From a virus (Duplodnaviria > Caudoviricetes): a stretch of 64,000 nucleotides of DNA. Under the pieces are notes generated by a model, which did not search any database, had not been told where the DNA came from, and saw only the letters and a list, made by a program, of their open reading frames with translations. The position numbers and the translations under genes are program-made. Of the stretch, positions 17,084 through 27,474 are shown piece by piece (positions within the stretch are counted from its first letter, which is position 1; each line of letters opens with the position of its first letter). The stretch covers positions 53,959 to 117,958 of the IMG/VR virus record IMGVR_UViG_2895847146_000001, one strand, 5' to 3'.

Positions 17084-18829
17084 TTAGTAGGAAAGCGTGA
17101 AATCAGCAGCCGGATTCGGGAAAGCAAACTCGTGGCGCACCCCGGCGCCGTCGTACCACGCCCCGCTGTCGCCCTTGTAGTCACCCGACCAGTTGACGTA
17201 GGAGGTCACCCCGCCGTCGGTGATGGTGAGCACCTGCGGGTCAGCGGTGGTGGACTTCTGGTTGAATTCGAGCTTGCGGGGGCCTTCGGTGGCCAGTACC
17301 ATGCCATCGAGGCCGGTACCGCCGTTGTTGTCAGCGGCCAGGAAGTGGGAATAAGTGGGCAGCGGGGCCGTGGCCGTTACCAGAATCGTAGTGCCGAAGG
17401 CGGCGCCCTCAGCCGTGCCGTCGTAGGCTTTGGCCGTCAGCGTGTGGTTGCCCGCTGCCAGCGCCGAGGTGGTCGTAGAACCCGACGCGCCCGTAATGGT
17501 GCCGACCAGCGCGGCGCCGTCGTAAATGCGGATACTGGCTACCGTGCCGTCGCTGTCCGTGGCCGTGGCCTGCACCGTTACCGTGCCGCCAGCGGCAATG
17601 CTGGTGGCGGTGGTGGCTGAGAAGGCGGTAACCACGGGAGCCAGGTTGGCGGCCGTCACGGTAATGTTCTTGCCTCCAGCAGTAATGGTTTCGCCGTTGT
17701 TGTCGAGGGCCCGGGCCGTGAAGACTTTGGTGCCGGCCGTCGCGGGCGTGTACACCAACTCGTAGAGGCCGCTGGCCTCCTTGACCGTCTTCAGGCCGAG
17801 AGAGTTGCCGTCAATCAGGAATTCTACCGAGTCCACGCCCGACGGGGCCGTAGCGGCTACCTTGAGCACCACCGACTGGCCAGCCACCACCGAGGAGGCA
17901 GACAACGAGGTGGTGATGGTACTCGTGGCGGGCGCGGCGGTAACAAAAATGTTGACCACGGACGAAATGGTGGTGTTGCCGTCCAAGTCGAGCACCTTGG
18001 CCGTCAGGGCGTGGTTGCCCGGGGTGGTTGGCTTCCAGTCAAAGGCATAGGGCGCGGTTAGTACCGGGTCATTCAGCGGCGTAGCGCCGTCGAAGAACGT
18101 TACCTCGTCCACGCCGTAGGTGCCAGCGGTTACTACGGCGGTCAGCGGCAGCGTGCCGCCCAGGGCCAGCGTAGTTACCGGCACGTTCAGCGTAACCAGC
18201 GTCGGCACCTGGTTAGCAGCCACCACACTAATGTTCTTGGGAGCCGAAACCGAGGCCGCACCCTGGCTATCGGTGGCTTTGGCCGTGAAGGTAAAGCCGC
18301 CAACAGCCGTCGGCTTGTACTCAATGGCATACGGCGGAGACGTGGCGCGGCCAATTTGCAGTTGGCCCTGGTAGAACTCCACCACGATAATAGAGCCGTC
18401 GGGGTCTGAGGCCGTGGCGTTCAGGGTGACTTTCTGGCCCAGGGTAATAGCGCCCACGCTTACGTCGAGCGTAACGACGGGCAGCTTGTTGTCGGTTTCG
18501 TCGGTGGTGTAGACCAGCACCCACACGCCCGCCTGGTACTGGTACCAATCGAGCTTGTTGCCCCCGCGCTTGTGCAACCAGAGCTGGTTTTCTACGCCGG
18601 CCGTGGCGGGAAACGCATTGGAGGGCGCCGTGATTTCGAAGCGGGCGCGCGGGGCCAGCACCTTGCGCTGGTCGGCCTGGGTCACCTCAAAGGTTTTGCC
18701 TGGATAGGTGGGGTGCGTGGGCGGGGCCGTGAATAGCCCTACCCAATCATCACCGGGAAGTACCCCCTCGGGCAGAAAGCCAACCTCAAGCGGGGTTTGG
18801 CCTTCTAAGGCGGTTGGATCAAGCAGCAT
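17084..18829 (-). CDS. multi Ig-like (Big) domain virion protein
   Basis: Repeated ATASDPDGSI..VEFY..G...APY..WT...G.H.LTAKA.D units. Confidence 0.85.
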   Translation of the reverse strand: MLLDPTALEGQTPLEVGFLPEGVLPGDDWVGLFTAPPTHPTYPGKTFEVTQADQRKVLAPRARFEITAPSNAFPATAGVENQLWLHKRGGNKLDWYQYQAGVWVLVYTTDETDNKLPVVTLDVSVGAITLGQKVTLNATASDPDGSIIVVEFYQGQLQIGRATSPPYAIEYKPTAVGGFTFTAKATDSQGAASVSAPKNISVVAANQVPTLVTLNVPVTTLALGGTLPLTAVVTAGTYGVDEVTFFDGATPLNDPVLTAPYAFDWKPTTPGNHALTAKVLDLDGNTTISSVVNIFVTAAPATSTITTSLSASSVVAGQSVVLKVAATAPSGVDSVEFLIDGNSLGLKTVKEASGLYELVYTPATAGTKVFTARALDNNGETITAGGKNITVTAANLAPVVTAFSATTATSIAAGGTVTVQATATDSDGTVASIRIYDGAALVGTITGASGSTTTSALAAGNHTLTAKAYDGTAEGAAFGTTILVTATAPLPTYSHFLAADNNGGTGLDGMVLATEGPRKLEFNQKSTTADPQVLTITDGGVTSYVNWSGDYKGDSGAWYDGAGVRHEFAFPNPAADFTLSY

Positions 18830-19226
18830 ACGGTTGTTCTAGGAGGTCAGAAGAAAGAGTGGAGCTGAGAACCAGCAGTTTGCTATTGACCACCAGCAAC
18901 TTGCCGTTGACCACGAGCACGCGGTGGCGCACCGTGGCGCCGGTTGTCGGAATGACGGGGAACTGTGCTCGCAGGAACGGGTCGGTGCCGACGGCGAGCA
19001 GGCCGTATAGTTCCTGCAGGGAGCCAGCCAGGGCCTCGCGCACGCCTGGGTCAGCCTCCAGGGCAATCTGCTCCAGGCCCAGCTTGAGGTGGAGCATCGA
19101 GGCTTCCACGGCAAACGTGGGCAGGCACTCCTTTTCGAGGTAGAGCAGGTGGGCGCCGAGTTCCGCGAGGCGAACCTGGGCCGCACCTTCCAGCTGCGCC
19201 CAGCCCGGTAGTGGGTTACTTGCCAT
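18819..19226 (-). CDS. hypothetical structural protein
   Basis: ATG at 19226 overlaps the upstream stop. Confidence 0.6.
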   Translation of the reverse strand: MASNPLPGWAQLEGAAQVRLAELGAHLLYLEKECLPTFAVEASMLHLKLGLEQIALEADPGVREALAGSLQELYGLLAVGTDPFLRAQFPVIPTTGATVRHRVLVVNGKLLVVNSKLLVLSSTLSSDLLEQPYAA

Positions 19227-20208
19227 ACAGGAAGGGATATAAAGCCGTGGGAGTAGGCGCCCCGGGCAAGGCCGCAGCCGAGGCCGCCAGGGCGGTGGCC
19301 AGGGCAGGGTTGCCGGTGCGAGCGGCGGCCTCCACGCCAATCAGGCGGGCCGCGCGGGAAAGCCAGCCCTCGTCAATGCGGGCGGCCCGGTCCCCCATCG
19401 TCAGGGCCAGGTTGCGGATTTCGGCGGCAAAGACGCGGAACTGCTCGCGCTGCACCGGCACGTAGAGCGTGGCCAGGGGCGAGCCGCTGAGGCTGATTTC
19501 CAGGCGGTAGATACCGTCTTTGCTGACGGGAGCCGTGAAGGTCAGGCGCTGCGGCGTGGTGGTCACGCTGGCCACAAGGCCCTTGGTGGCTTTGGGGGCA
19601 AACACAAGGCAGGTGACAGCGGACGTGTCGGCGTTGGCCATGTCCACAATGACGGTCATGGTGCCGGCCGTGGGGCTGTCTACGAGGTAGTACACCCCGG
19701 GCGCGGGCGCCGGCAGGCCGGGGGCCAGCAGCGAAAGGGGGCTGGTGGCGGGCTGGGTAGCAAACGCGGTAGCCGGCGCGGGCGTCGCCAGCGTGGCCCG
19801 CACGAGGTGCAAGTTCTGCTCAGCGGCGGCGTTGCGGGTTTTGTAAAGCCGGACCCACGCCACCCGGTAGGCCGTGTCGGTACCCCGCTCATAGGGGCGT
19901 AACGAGTGGCGTAGGTATAAATCAGCAAAGGCCCGCTGGTGCTGGGCCGTTTCGATATGCAGGAAAGGCTCGGACTCGTCCAGTACGGTGGTCAGGTCGG
20001 CCGCTACTTTGGCCAGCACGAGTTGGTACACACCGTCGCCGGGAAAGACCACCGAGGCAGACAAGGCCCCGGGAATACCCACAAACTGCCGCACGCCCCG
20101 CGTAAGCAGGATGAGTTGACGCAGTTCACCCGCAGCAGCAATGCCGTCACGGTCTGTAACGGTCAGCTGGCGGGTGCTGGTGGTATAGGTGCGAGTCGTT
20201 TGCAGCAT
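19216..20208 (-). CDS. putative tail-fibre attachment protein (internal duplication)
   Basis: Two DGVY/DGIY-containing halves joined by a Pro/Ala linker. Confidence 0.65.
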   Translation of the reverse strand: MLQTTRTYTTSTRQLTVTDRDGIAAAGELRQLILLTRGVRQFVGIPGALSASVVFPGDGVYQLVLAKVAADLTTVLDESEPFLHIETAQHQRAFADLYLRHSLRPYERGTDTAYRVAWVRLYKTRNAAAEQNLHLVRATLATPAPATAFATQPATSPLSLLAPGLPAPAPGVYYLVDSPTAGTMTVIVDMANADTSAVTCLVFAPKATKGLVASVTTTPQRLTFTAPVSKDGIYRLEISLSGSPLATLYVPVQREQFRVFAAEIRNLALTMGDRAARIDEGWLSRAARLIGVEAAARTGNPALATALAASAAALPGAPTPTALYPFLYGK

Positions 20209-20430
20209 TTAGTATTGTTGGCCGAGGGGCAACAGTTTGCGCCGGCTTCGCTCGGCTTCGATTTCTTTTTTCCGCTCAGATGCGAACCTCTTAGCAATAG
20301 GGCCATAGTGGCCTTCTGCTATTTCATTGCACTCCAGAATGGCCATATCCAGATACCGAAGGGCATAGACATGAAGCTTGCCCATATTGTAGGCAAGCGT
20401 CTTGGTGAAATGGAGTGCCGTCTTTAGCAT
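20209..20430 (-). CDS. small hypothetical protein
   Basis: First ORF after the operator-bearing promoter. Confidence 0.55.
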   Translation of the reverse strand: MLKTALHFTKTLAYNMGKLHVYALRYLDMAILECNEIAEGHYGPIAKRFASERKKEIEAERSRRKLLPLGQQY

Positions 20431-20476
20431 GACAAGGGAGACAAAAAAGTACAGGGAAGTAGAGAGCTTAGTGGGT

Positions 20477-20544
20477 CAAATATACAAATTCTATCCCGGA
20501 ATCCGAGATAGAATTTGCACGTTTCGTCTTGACTTTCAAGATAG
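20477..20544 (-). promoter_or_regulatory. promoter (TATATTTG) with paired operators
   Basis: CTATCCCG-GAATC-CGAGATAG at 20491; TCGTCTTG-ACTTT-CAAGATAG at 20524. Confidence 0.75.
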
Positions 20545-20553
20545 CCGGAGCGG

Positions 20554-23500
20554 CTACAGCATTTCCCGGAATACAATCCGGTCCGGGTCTTTCATCTTGG
20601 CGCCGACCACGGCGTACTTGGCCCGCTTGGTGGCGGCCTTGCTGATAGCGGCCATCCGTTTGGCGGCTTGGTCGTGGTTCAGCGAGCGGAAGTTCTCAAT
20701 ATCCTGTAACAGAATCTGCTTCAGCACTTTGCCGCGCAGTTCCAGGAACCTGTAGAACGTTTCATCACTCATGGGCCCCTCCTTCCACTGGCCGGCCACC
20801 CCGGCAGAAGCGGGTAGCTGCCCTTCGGCCTGCTGGAAGGTGAAGGCCACCGTTGTGCGCTGGTTGGGCACGGGAATGCCCACCCCTTTTTCCGTCAACA
20901 CGTCCCAGATGCGTTGCGTGGCCGCGTCGCGGTGCGTGGGCCGGCCGCTCGTCAAGCGGTCTGATTGCACTTTCATGGGCTCGCCCAGCGCGTCGAGGGC
21001 CGGGCGCATGCCCGAGCGGAACACGGGCAGGTCTTGCTGCACCACTTCCCAGGCCCGCTTGGCTTCTACTTTGTCCGTGTCGGTGAAGTCCTGCAGGTCG
21101 CGGCTGAACTGGCGTAGCAGGCCCGAGGCGGGAACGTAGCCCGTGACCGAGTAGCCCAGGGTGCGCTCCAGGTAGGTCTGCATCTTTTTCAGGCCGCTGG
21201 TTTCTCCGCCGTAGCCGCCCGAGCTGGTCAGCGCGTCCAGGGCTTCGGAAATGTTCTTGGTGGCCGTCGTTTCCACCACCATGCCCATTGTGCGGAAAAC
21301 CAGCAGGCTGGCCCCGCTCACGTAGGAGTCGTCGGTTTCGGGGTTGGCCTTCTCGTACAGCTCGCGGTCTTTCATGGCACCGACCACGCCGAGCACGAAG
21401 AACAGCGGGCTTTCCTTGTAGCTGACCCACTTGCTGCCGAGCTTGACCGCGTAGGGCCGCCAGCCGTTTTGCAGCAGCTGGTTGCGCTGGGCCGAGTCGC
21501 GCGGGCCGGGGCCGCTGATTTCCAGGTTATCGTCGTCGTCCTCGCGGTGCGTGGCGGCGTAGAGGCCCGCCAATAAGGCGGTGCCCATCGTGGCCTTGGC
21601 CAGTACTTTGGCCCGCTCCTCGGCCGTGTAGGGCCGGTATTGGGAACCCTGACGCTCGAAGCCGATACCACCCTTGGCTGCCCGCACGAAGCCGTGCAGG
21701 GTGTAGTCGAGGTAGGCATTGGCCACGTTGGTAATGACGCGGGAGAAAGGCACCACCCACTTGCCCAGCGGACCAACCCGCTCTACTACGTTGCTTACGC
21801 CGGTAAAGACCACGCCCAGCGTGCCTTCCATTTCGCCGTTGAACACGGCCCGCGTGGCGTACTGGCGGGTATCTTCCTGCATCGGCATGGGGCGGCTCTG
21901 CTCCATTAGTTCCCACACGCGCAATACCGCGTCTCGCCCCGTGCGGCCTTCGGCCGTGGCCGTAGCCACCGCGTCGGCGTGGCGCTGGGCTGAGTTGCCC
22001 AGCTTTTCGTGCACGGCCTCCCAGGTGGCGCGGGAAGGGTCTTGGCGGCCTTCCTTGGTGGCTTCTACGGCCGCCAGCTCCCAGGCCCGCATTTCGCGCA
22101 GGCCCGACTGGTAGAACACGTCCGAGGCTTTCAGCAGGCGGGGCACAAACTTGAGCACCCCGGCCAAGCGGTTGCCGCCCAGGGCCGCCACTTCCAGCGT
22201 GTTCGGCACGTCGTACTTGCCCAGCTGGCCCGAAGGTTCGTAGCCGGTCTGCAGTACTTCGGTAGCCAGCCGGGCGCCGGCCTTCAAGCCGGCTGCCAGC
22301 CCGCGCACCGGGGCCGTGACCTTGCCGCCCTGGCGGAGTACGTTACCGGTGGACAACAGGGCCTCCATGAAGGTCTGGTGGGTGTTGGCCGTGAAGTTGA
22401 CCAGGTGCGTAGCGTAGGAGCTGAGCACGTTGGCGTACCACATGGCCTGTGAGAGGTCCAGGAAGCTCACGCCCTTAATGCCCTGCAGAAACAGGTTCAG
22501 CTCGCGCACGGCCTTCTCCTTGTCCCGGCCGACGGGCGCCTTCTCTACGGCCGCGCCCAGCGTGCGCAGGCGGGCCACGTCCTGCACCGTCAAGTCGGGT
22601 AGGTCAGTGGCTTCCGCAATCAGGCCAATGACGCGACTGTCGGACAGGGGCGAAAGATTGAGCAGTTCCAGGGTTTTGTCCAGGGCGGTCTTGCCCTTTT
22701 TGCCCAGGCCCACCCGCACCCGTAGCGAGTACATGCGGTTGAGGATGCTTTCGCGCTTGGCGGTGAGCTGGCGCTGAAACTCCCTCTCCAGGGTGGCGGC
22801 GTACTCGCGGGCGGTGGCCGGGTCCAGGCCCGCGTCGGCCACGAGCTTTTGCACCAGCGTGCGGCCTGTATCTTCCTGCTCGCTGACGTGTAGGCGCACG
22901 ATGGCATCGAGCTTCAGGCTCATTTCCCGAAGGCCCTCCCCCACTACGGCTGCCGCCTGCTTGTTGCTGTTAGGCTGACCGATTATCTGGTCTGCATAGC
23001 CGCGCAGCAGTTCCAGTAAGTCCGATTTCTGGTCGTCCGTCAGGGCCAGCTTCTGGATCTGGGCTTCTACTTCCTGCTTGCTGCGCTCCCACACATCGGC
23101 GTATTCAGCCTTGTTACGCAAGGCAGCTACCAGCGCATCCCGGTTGCTGATTTTCTTCTTGCCGGGGGCGGGTGGCAACGATTCGCGGACTTTGCCCATC
23201 AAGGTGGACAGAAGTTGTTTCACCGGGTCGAACTGGCCCGGGGCGGTGGGGGTGACTTCCGCCAGGATACGGGCGGCCAGCAGACGGGCCTGCTCCTGCG
23301 CTATCTGGTCGTCAATGTCCTGGGCAGAGTTCAAGCCCGTGGCATCGCCGCCGTCGGCCAGATACTGCTGCGTGGCTTGCTCGTAGGCGTCGCGCAGGTA
23401 GGGCTTGGCCTTGGCGCCGAAGTCGCGCACGAGTTTGGCGGCCACGTCAGCAAACTTGCGGGTGCCGGCTTCCAAGTGAAAAACGGCACCGACAATCAGC

Positions 23501-26500
23501 TGAGGCGGAATAGGTGTGGAGAAGGCCATTTTCTTGAATGCCTTCTTCAGCTCCTCGTATTTCTCGCGGGTGACCAGCTTGTTCTTCGAGCCGTAGGAAG
23601 CGGGCTCGGGCTGCGCGGCGGCTGGCGCCACCTTGGCCTTGGCCGCCTCTACGGCTTTGCTTTTCAGCGTAGCCTCCAGCACCTCGCCCTGCACCTGGCG
23701 GGCTTGTTTGGCCACGGCGCGGCCCTTGGTGCGGGTCTTTTCCTTGACCTCCTTCTGCTGGCGGGCTACTTCCTTGCGGGCCTGGTACACGGCCTGGCGT
23801 GGAGAGTAGCGGGCAATGGCGCGGTTGGCGCTGATAGCGCGGCCATACTCAGTGTTGGCCAGGGCCTTCTCCGTGTCGATAGTCAGCGCCTGCTGCATGT
23901 ATTGGGCGGCCAACTCGTCGTTGCCGGCTAGGTCAGCCTCGATGCCCAGGCGGTCCAGTTCGTCGGCCACCTTGTCGCGCACGAGCAGGCGCACATCGTC
24001 GGGCAGCTGCTGGTCCACGTCCAGGGCAATATCGTAGGCTTGGGCAATGGTTTTGCCCAGAATGGCCGCGTCCGCCTGGGCCTCCGATTCACTCAGGGGC
24101 TTGGGCGTGTAGTTGAGCACTTCCGATTCCAGGCGGGCTTTGCGCACCTCGGAAAGGGACGGGTTTCCCAGCTGGTTGACAACGGTAGCCCGCTCACCGG
24201 GCTTGGCCTGGGTGCGGCTCGTCGGCGCAGAAGCGGCCGGGGCCTGCTTGGGGCGAAACACACCCTCCTGCTTCAGCACTTGCCGCACCAGCGGGCGCAG
24301 CTGCTCGTCGGTGGCGTCGTCCTCGGTCAGGCCAGCGGCCCGGAGCTTGGCAATGGTCAGCTTGGTATTGACCACGCCCAGCTTGATAAGGGCGCGGACC
24401 ATCTTCTGAATGGCAGCGGATTCCTCGGCCGAGAAGGACGGAATACCCAGCAGCGAGGATTGGGCCACGCGGGAGCCTTTCTTGCGGGCAGCCTTGAACT
24501 CGGCCAGCGCGTCGGAAAGCTCGGCTTTGGCCGCTACGTTCTGCTCGCGCAGGCTGGGCGTTACTTTTTGGGCTGGCCCTGCGCTTCCCGTGCCAGGGCT
24601 TGCAGGGCGCGGAACGCTGCCCGTTTCTGTTCCGGTGTTTTCTCCTGAAACGCTTCCTGCTTCTGCTCTTTGGTCAGAATTACTGCTTTGCTGAATTGGT
24701 CTGTTTGCTCGCTCATCGACAAGGGCTTTTAGTTTGGTGGCGGTAGTTTCATCTACGCCGAATACGAAAGAATAGCCAGCCGCATCTGTGTAGGTGTCGG
24801 CCATACGCTGGTAATCTACGATTCCGTCGTTGGAAACGAAATCATTAATGGCCTGCTGCACGTTGGCGTCCTCGGCAATCAAGGCGTCAATGTCGGCGTC
24901 GCTGAGCGGCACTTCCTCGCGGCTGCGAATGGAAGCCGTGTCCGGGTTGCCCAAAAAGTCCTCGGCCGATACCCGCTCCTTCTTGGTCGCTAGGCCGGTG
25001 CCGGTGCTGACCTCGGCATAGCCGGTTTCGACTATCTCCTGAATCTTATTCAGTAGCGCGTCGGCCCGCAGGGTGTTGCGGCCTTCCTGAATGTCCTTGG
25101 CGGCGGCGGCAGCGTCGCGGGGGTTCAGGCGTTTGCCGTTGACCTCAATGCCCAGGGCCACGAAGTCCCCTCCCCCACGGCCTGCCAGCGTCAGGGCCGC
25201 GTCGCGCACGGCGGGCGCACGGTCACGGGCCGGTACATGGCCCTCAACGGGGCTGGTGCCGGTAACCGTGTTGGTACGGGTCACGCGCTTGCCACCACGG
25301 GTGATTTTCACCGACAAGTCATTGCCCACCTCAAAGTCGAGGCCAGCGGCTTTCGCCAGCTTAGCAAGTTCAGCGCGGGCAGCTTGGCCTTTCGCCCCCT
25401 TCTTCTCACGGGTAGAAAGCTCCTTGTAGCCCGCTAGGTCGTCCAGCACACCGTTGACGCGCTCCTGCTCGGGCGTGAGGGCGGCGGCTACAGGCTGGGC
25501 CGAGGCTTCTTGCGGGGTGGCGGGTTCTTCGGTTGGGATGGTCTGCTCATCGGCTACAGGGGCAACCGGTGAGGGGCCAGCAGGAACTTCGGCCTGGGTG
25601 ACAGCGCCTGCGTCAGCATTGCTTTCGGGCACATCGCCAGTGCCAGCCGCTGCCTGCTGGCTATCGTATAGCCCCTCCAAGTCGGCACTAGCAGCTTCGG
25701 GTGTAGCTGAGTTAGGGCCTCCTGTACTTTGCACTGCTGGAAGAACAGTCTCTCCGCTTGCTGTTGATTGAGCATCTATTTGGCTAGTTGGTTGTTCTGC
25801 AATATACTCCACCGGCACGGCGGTATCCACGGGTTGGCCGGAATTATCTTCGCCTACTACACGAGCCATCTTGCCATCGGGCGAGAGGGCTACTACCTGG
25901 GCGTTGGGGGCCAATACCTGCCCATCCGGGCGTACAATCTGCACGGGGGCTGGGTAGGCTTGCTGGGCAGCGGCTTGTTCTTCGGGCGTCACGTCCTGCG
26001 GCACCTCGAACTGCGGAGCGGTGGCCTGCGCATCCTGCACGGGCGCGTTCTGTGGGCCACCCGCGAAGCTACCAGCCGCGCCGCCGAGCAACGCCCCGGC
26101 AACGGCCTGTTCCAGTGGGTTTTTGACCAGCGCATCCATTGCGGAAATGCCGTAGCCCTTCTCCCCTTCCGGACGCAGGGCGTCGGCTAGGAGCTGAGCG
26201 CCGCCCTCGGCTTCGCCTTGCAGAAACTCGGTAGCGCCTTCGCCCACGGCCCCGGTAGCGGCCCGTCCGGCAAACTTAGTCACGACGGCGGGCATAACTT
26301 TGCCCACGGCCTGGGCGAGTGCTGATTGCGAGATCTTGCCTTTGCCGTAGCGCAGCGCCTCTTGCAGCAGCTTGCTTTGGAGCACCTGCGTCGCGGCTTT
26401 ATTCTTGGTAATGAAGCCCAGGCCCACTTCTTCCAACATGCCGACCACCGGGGCCAGCAACACGGCTGTCGTCGCCGCTTCGCCCTCGGAGATACCGGCC

Positions 26501-27468
26501 TGCCGGGCGGCATCCTTGGTCGAGGATGCGCTTAGGCCCATACCCACGGCCGAGGCCGCACCGGGGCCACCGAGGGCACCGGTCACGCCCACCTGCACCA
26601 GACTGCCCGCGCCGCCACCGAGTAGCGCCGCCCAGGCTTGTCCGTTGCCGGGGTTGTCGAGAATGCTTTGCTTGGCAGCGGCCGAGGTGGGCTTGGTGGC
26701 TGCGTCCGCCAGTTGGCGGTACTGCTCCCCGAACGCATCGGTGGCCTTGCCGCCCGTCACGTAGCGCGAGCCGAGCGGGTCGGTCACGTCGCCCGTAGGC
26801 AACTGCATCCCCTGCCACAAGTCACCGGCCAGGTCTACCAGGTTGCCTACTACACGCCGAGCACCGGGCGTACCGGCTGCGTTAAAGAGAGTCTTGCCCA
26901 GCGTGTCGAGAAAACCATCTTCTTCGGCCGTGGCTTGGTCACGGGCGCGTAGTTCCTCGATAGAGGGCGCAGGCAGGCCCGCATTGATTTCCTCGTCGCC
27001 GGGCACGGCTTGGATGGCGTTGCGGCCCGTGGGCATGTCCGTGTCGCCGTTGTAGCCACTCAGCGTAATGGGGAGCGGCTGTTTAATTTGCTCGTCGGCG
27101 CTGGTGGGTTGTGTGGGCACCTCGGCCGGTACATCTCCTACCCCAACGGCGCCGGGGGCAACCTCCTGGTTTTCATTTTCGAGCCCCGGAAAGGGTTCAT
27201 TCGAATAAGTAGGCGCAGAATCGTTGCCAGAAAGTCCTTTTTTTTTTAGGCCGAGGTCGGTAGCAAAGTCGTCAAAACTAATCGTAAACTCCTTGCGCCT
27301 TTCAGTAAGTGAAGTGTGCAGTTGACGTAGATTATCCTCGTCCTGCATGTCCTGCTCGAACGTGGGATAATCAAGGGTGAATTCCTTTTCCTGCTTGCGC
27401 AAGTTACTCCACAGGCGCTTGAGAGCGGGCTCCTCGGTAGCCGGAACTTGTTGGTTTTCGTCAATCAT
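20554..27468 (-). CDS. large virion ejection/polyvalent protein (2304 aa)
   Basis: Very long ORF with Gly/Ala hydrophobic segment and C-terminal GWRPYAVKLGSKWVSY region like large polyvalent-protein C-termini. Confidence 0.8.
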   Translation of the reverse strand: MIDENQQVPATEEPALKRLWSNLRKQEKEFTLDYPTFEQDMQDEDNLRQLHTSLTERRKEFTISFDDFATDLGLKKKGLSGNDSAPTYSNEPFPGLENENQEVAPGAVGVGDVPAEVPTQPTSADEQIKQPLPITLSGYNGDTDMPTGRNAIQAVPGDEEINAGLPAPSIEELRARDQATAEEDGFLDTLGKTLFNAAGTPGARRVVGNLVDLAGDLWQGMQLPTGDVTDPLGSRYVTGGKATDAFGEQYRQLADAATKPTSAAAKQSILDNPGNGQAWAALLGGGAGSLVQVGVTGALGGPGAASAVGMGLSASSTKDAARQAGISEGEAATTAVLLAPVVGMLEEVGLGFITKNKAATQVLQSKLLQEALRYGKGKISQSALAQAVGKVMPAVVTKFAGRAATGAVGEGATEFLQGEAEGGAQLLADALRPEGEKGYGISAMDALVKNPLEQAVAGALLGGAAGSFAGGPQNAPVQDAQATAPQFEVPQDVTPEEQAAAQQAYPAPVQIVRPDGQVLAPNAQVVALSPDGKMARVVGEDNSGQPVDTAVPVEYIAEQPTSQIDAQSTASGETVLPAVQSTGGPNSATPEAASADLEGLYDSQQAAAGTGDVPESNADAGAVTQAEVPAGPSPVAPVADEQTIPTEEPATPQEASAQPVAAALTPEQERVNGVLDDLAGYKELSTREKKGAKGQAARAELAKLAKAAGLDFEVGNDLSVKITRGGKRVTRTNTVTGTSPVEGHVPARDRAPAVRDAALTLAGRGGGDFVALGIEVNGKRLNPRDAAAAAKDIQEGRNTLRADALLNKIQEIVETGYAEVSTGTGLATKKERVSAEDFLGNPDTASIRSREEVPLSDADIDALIAEDANVQQAINDFVSNDGIVDYQRMADTYTDAAGYSFVFGVDETTATKLKALVDERANRPIQQSSNSDQRAEAGSVSGENTGTETGSVPRPASPGTGSAGPAQKVTPSLREQNVAAKAELSDALAEFKAARKKGSRVAQSSLLGIPSFSAEESAAIQKMVRALIKLGVVNTKLTIAKLRAAGLTEDDATDEQLRPLVRQVLKQEGVFRPKQAPAASAPTSRTQAKPGERATVVNQLGNPSLSEVRKARLESEVLNYTPKPLSESEAQADAAILGKTIAQAYDIALDVDQQLPDDVRLLVRDKVADELDRLGIEADLAGNDELAAQYMQQALTIDTEKALANTEYGRAISANRAIARYSPRQAVYQARKEVARQQKEVKEKTRTKGRAVAKQARQVQGEVLEATLKSKAVEAAKAKVAPAAAQPEPASYGSKNKLVTREKYEELKKAFKKMAFSTPIPPQLIVGAVFHLEAGTRKFADVAAKLVRDFGAKAKPYLRDAYEQATQQYLADGGDATGLNSAQDIDDQIAQEQARLLAARILAEVTPTAPGQFDPVKQLLSTLMGKVRESLPPAPGKKKISNRDALVAALRNKAEYADVWERSKQEVEAQIQKLALTDDQKSDLLELLRGYADQIIGQPNSNKQAAAVVGEGLREMSLKLDAIVRLHVSEQEDTGRTLVQKLVADAGLDPATAREYAATLEREFQRQLTAKRESILNRMYSLRVRVGLGKKGKTALDKTLELLNLSPLSDSRVIGLIAEATDLPDLTVQDVARLRTLGAAVEKAPVGRDKEKAVRELNLFLQGIKGVSFLDLSQAMWYANVLSSYATHLVNFTANTHQTFMEALLSTGNVLRQGGKVTAPVRGLAAGLKAGARLATEVLQTGYEPSGQLGKYDVPNTLEVAALGGNRLAGVLKFVPRLLKASDVFYQSGLREMRAWELAAVEATKEGRQDPSRATWEAVHEKLGNSAQRHADAVATATAEGRTGRDAVLRVWELMEQSRPMPMQEDTRQYATRAVFNGEMEGTLGVVFTGVSNVVERVGPLGKWVVPFSRVITNVANAYLDYTLHGFVRAAKGGIGFERQGSQYRPYTAEERAKVLAKATMGTALLAGLYAATHREDDDDNLEISGPGPRDSAQRNQLLQNGWRPYAVKLGSKWVSYKESPLFFVLGVVGAMKDRELYEKANPETDDSYVSGASLLVFRTMGMVVETTATKNISEALDALTSSGGYGGETSGLKKMQTYLERTLGYSVTGYVPASGLLRQFSRDLQDFTDTDKVEAKRAWEVVQQDLPVFRSGMRPALDALGEPMKVQSDRLTSGRPTHRDAATQRIWDVLTEKGVGIPVPNQRTTVAFTFQQAEGQLPASAGVAGQWKEGPMSDETFYRFLELRGKVLKQILLQDIENFRSLNHDQAAKRMAAISKAATKRAKYAVVGAKMKDPDRIVFREML

Positions 27469-27474
27469 AGAGGA

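Noticed and set aside
13097-20208. Diversity-generating retroelement acting on tail genes
   Set aside because: No reverse transcriptase and no template/variable repeat pair seen in the window.
20554-27468. crAss-type virion RNA polymerase
   Set aside because: No DFDxD catalytic motif is recognisable; the protein looks like an ejection/polyvalent protein.
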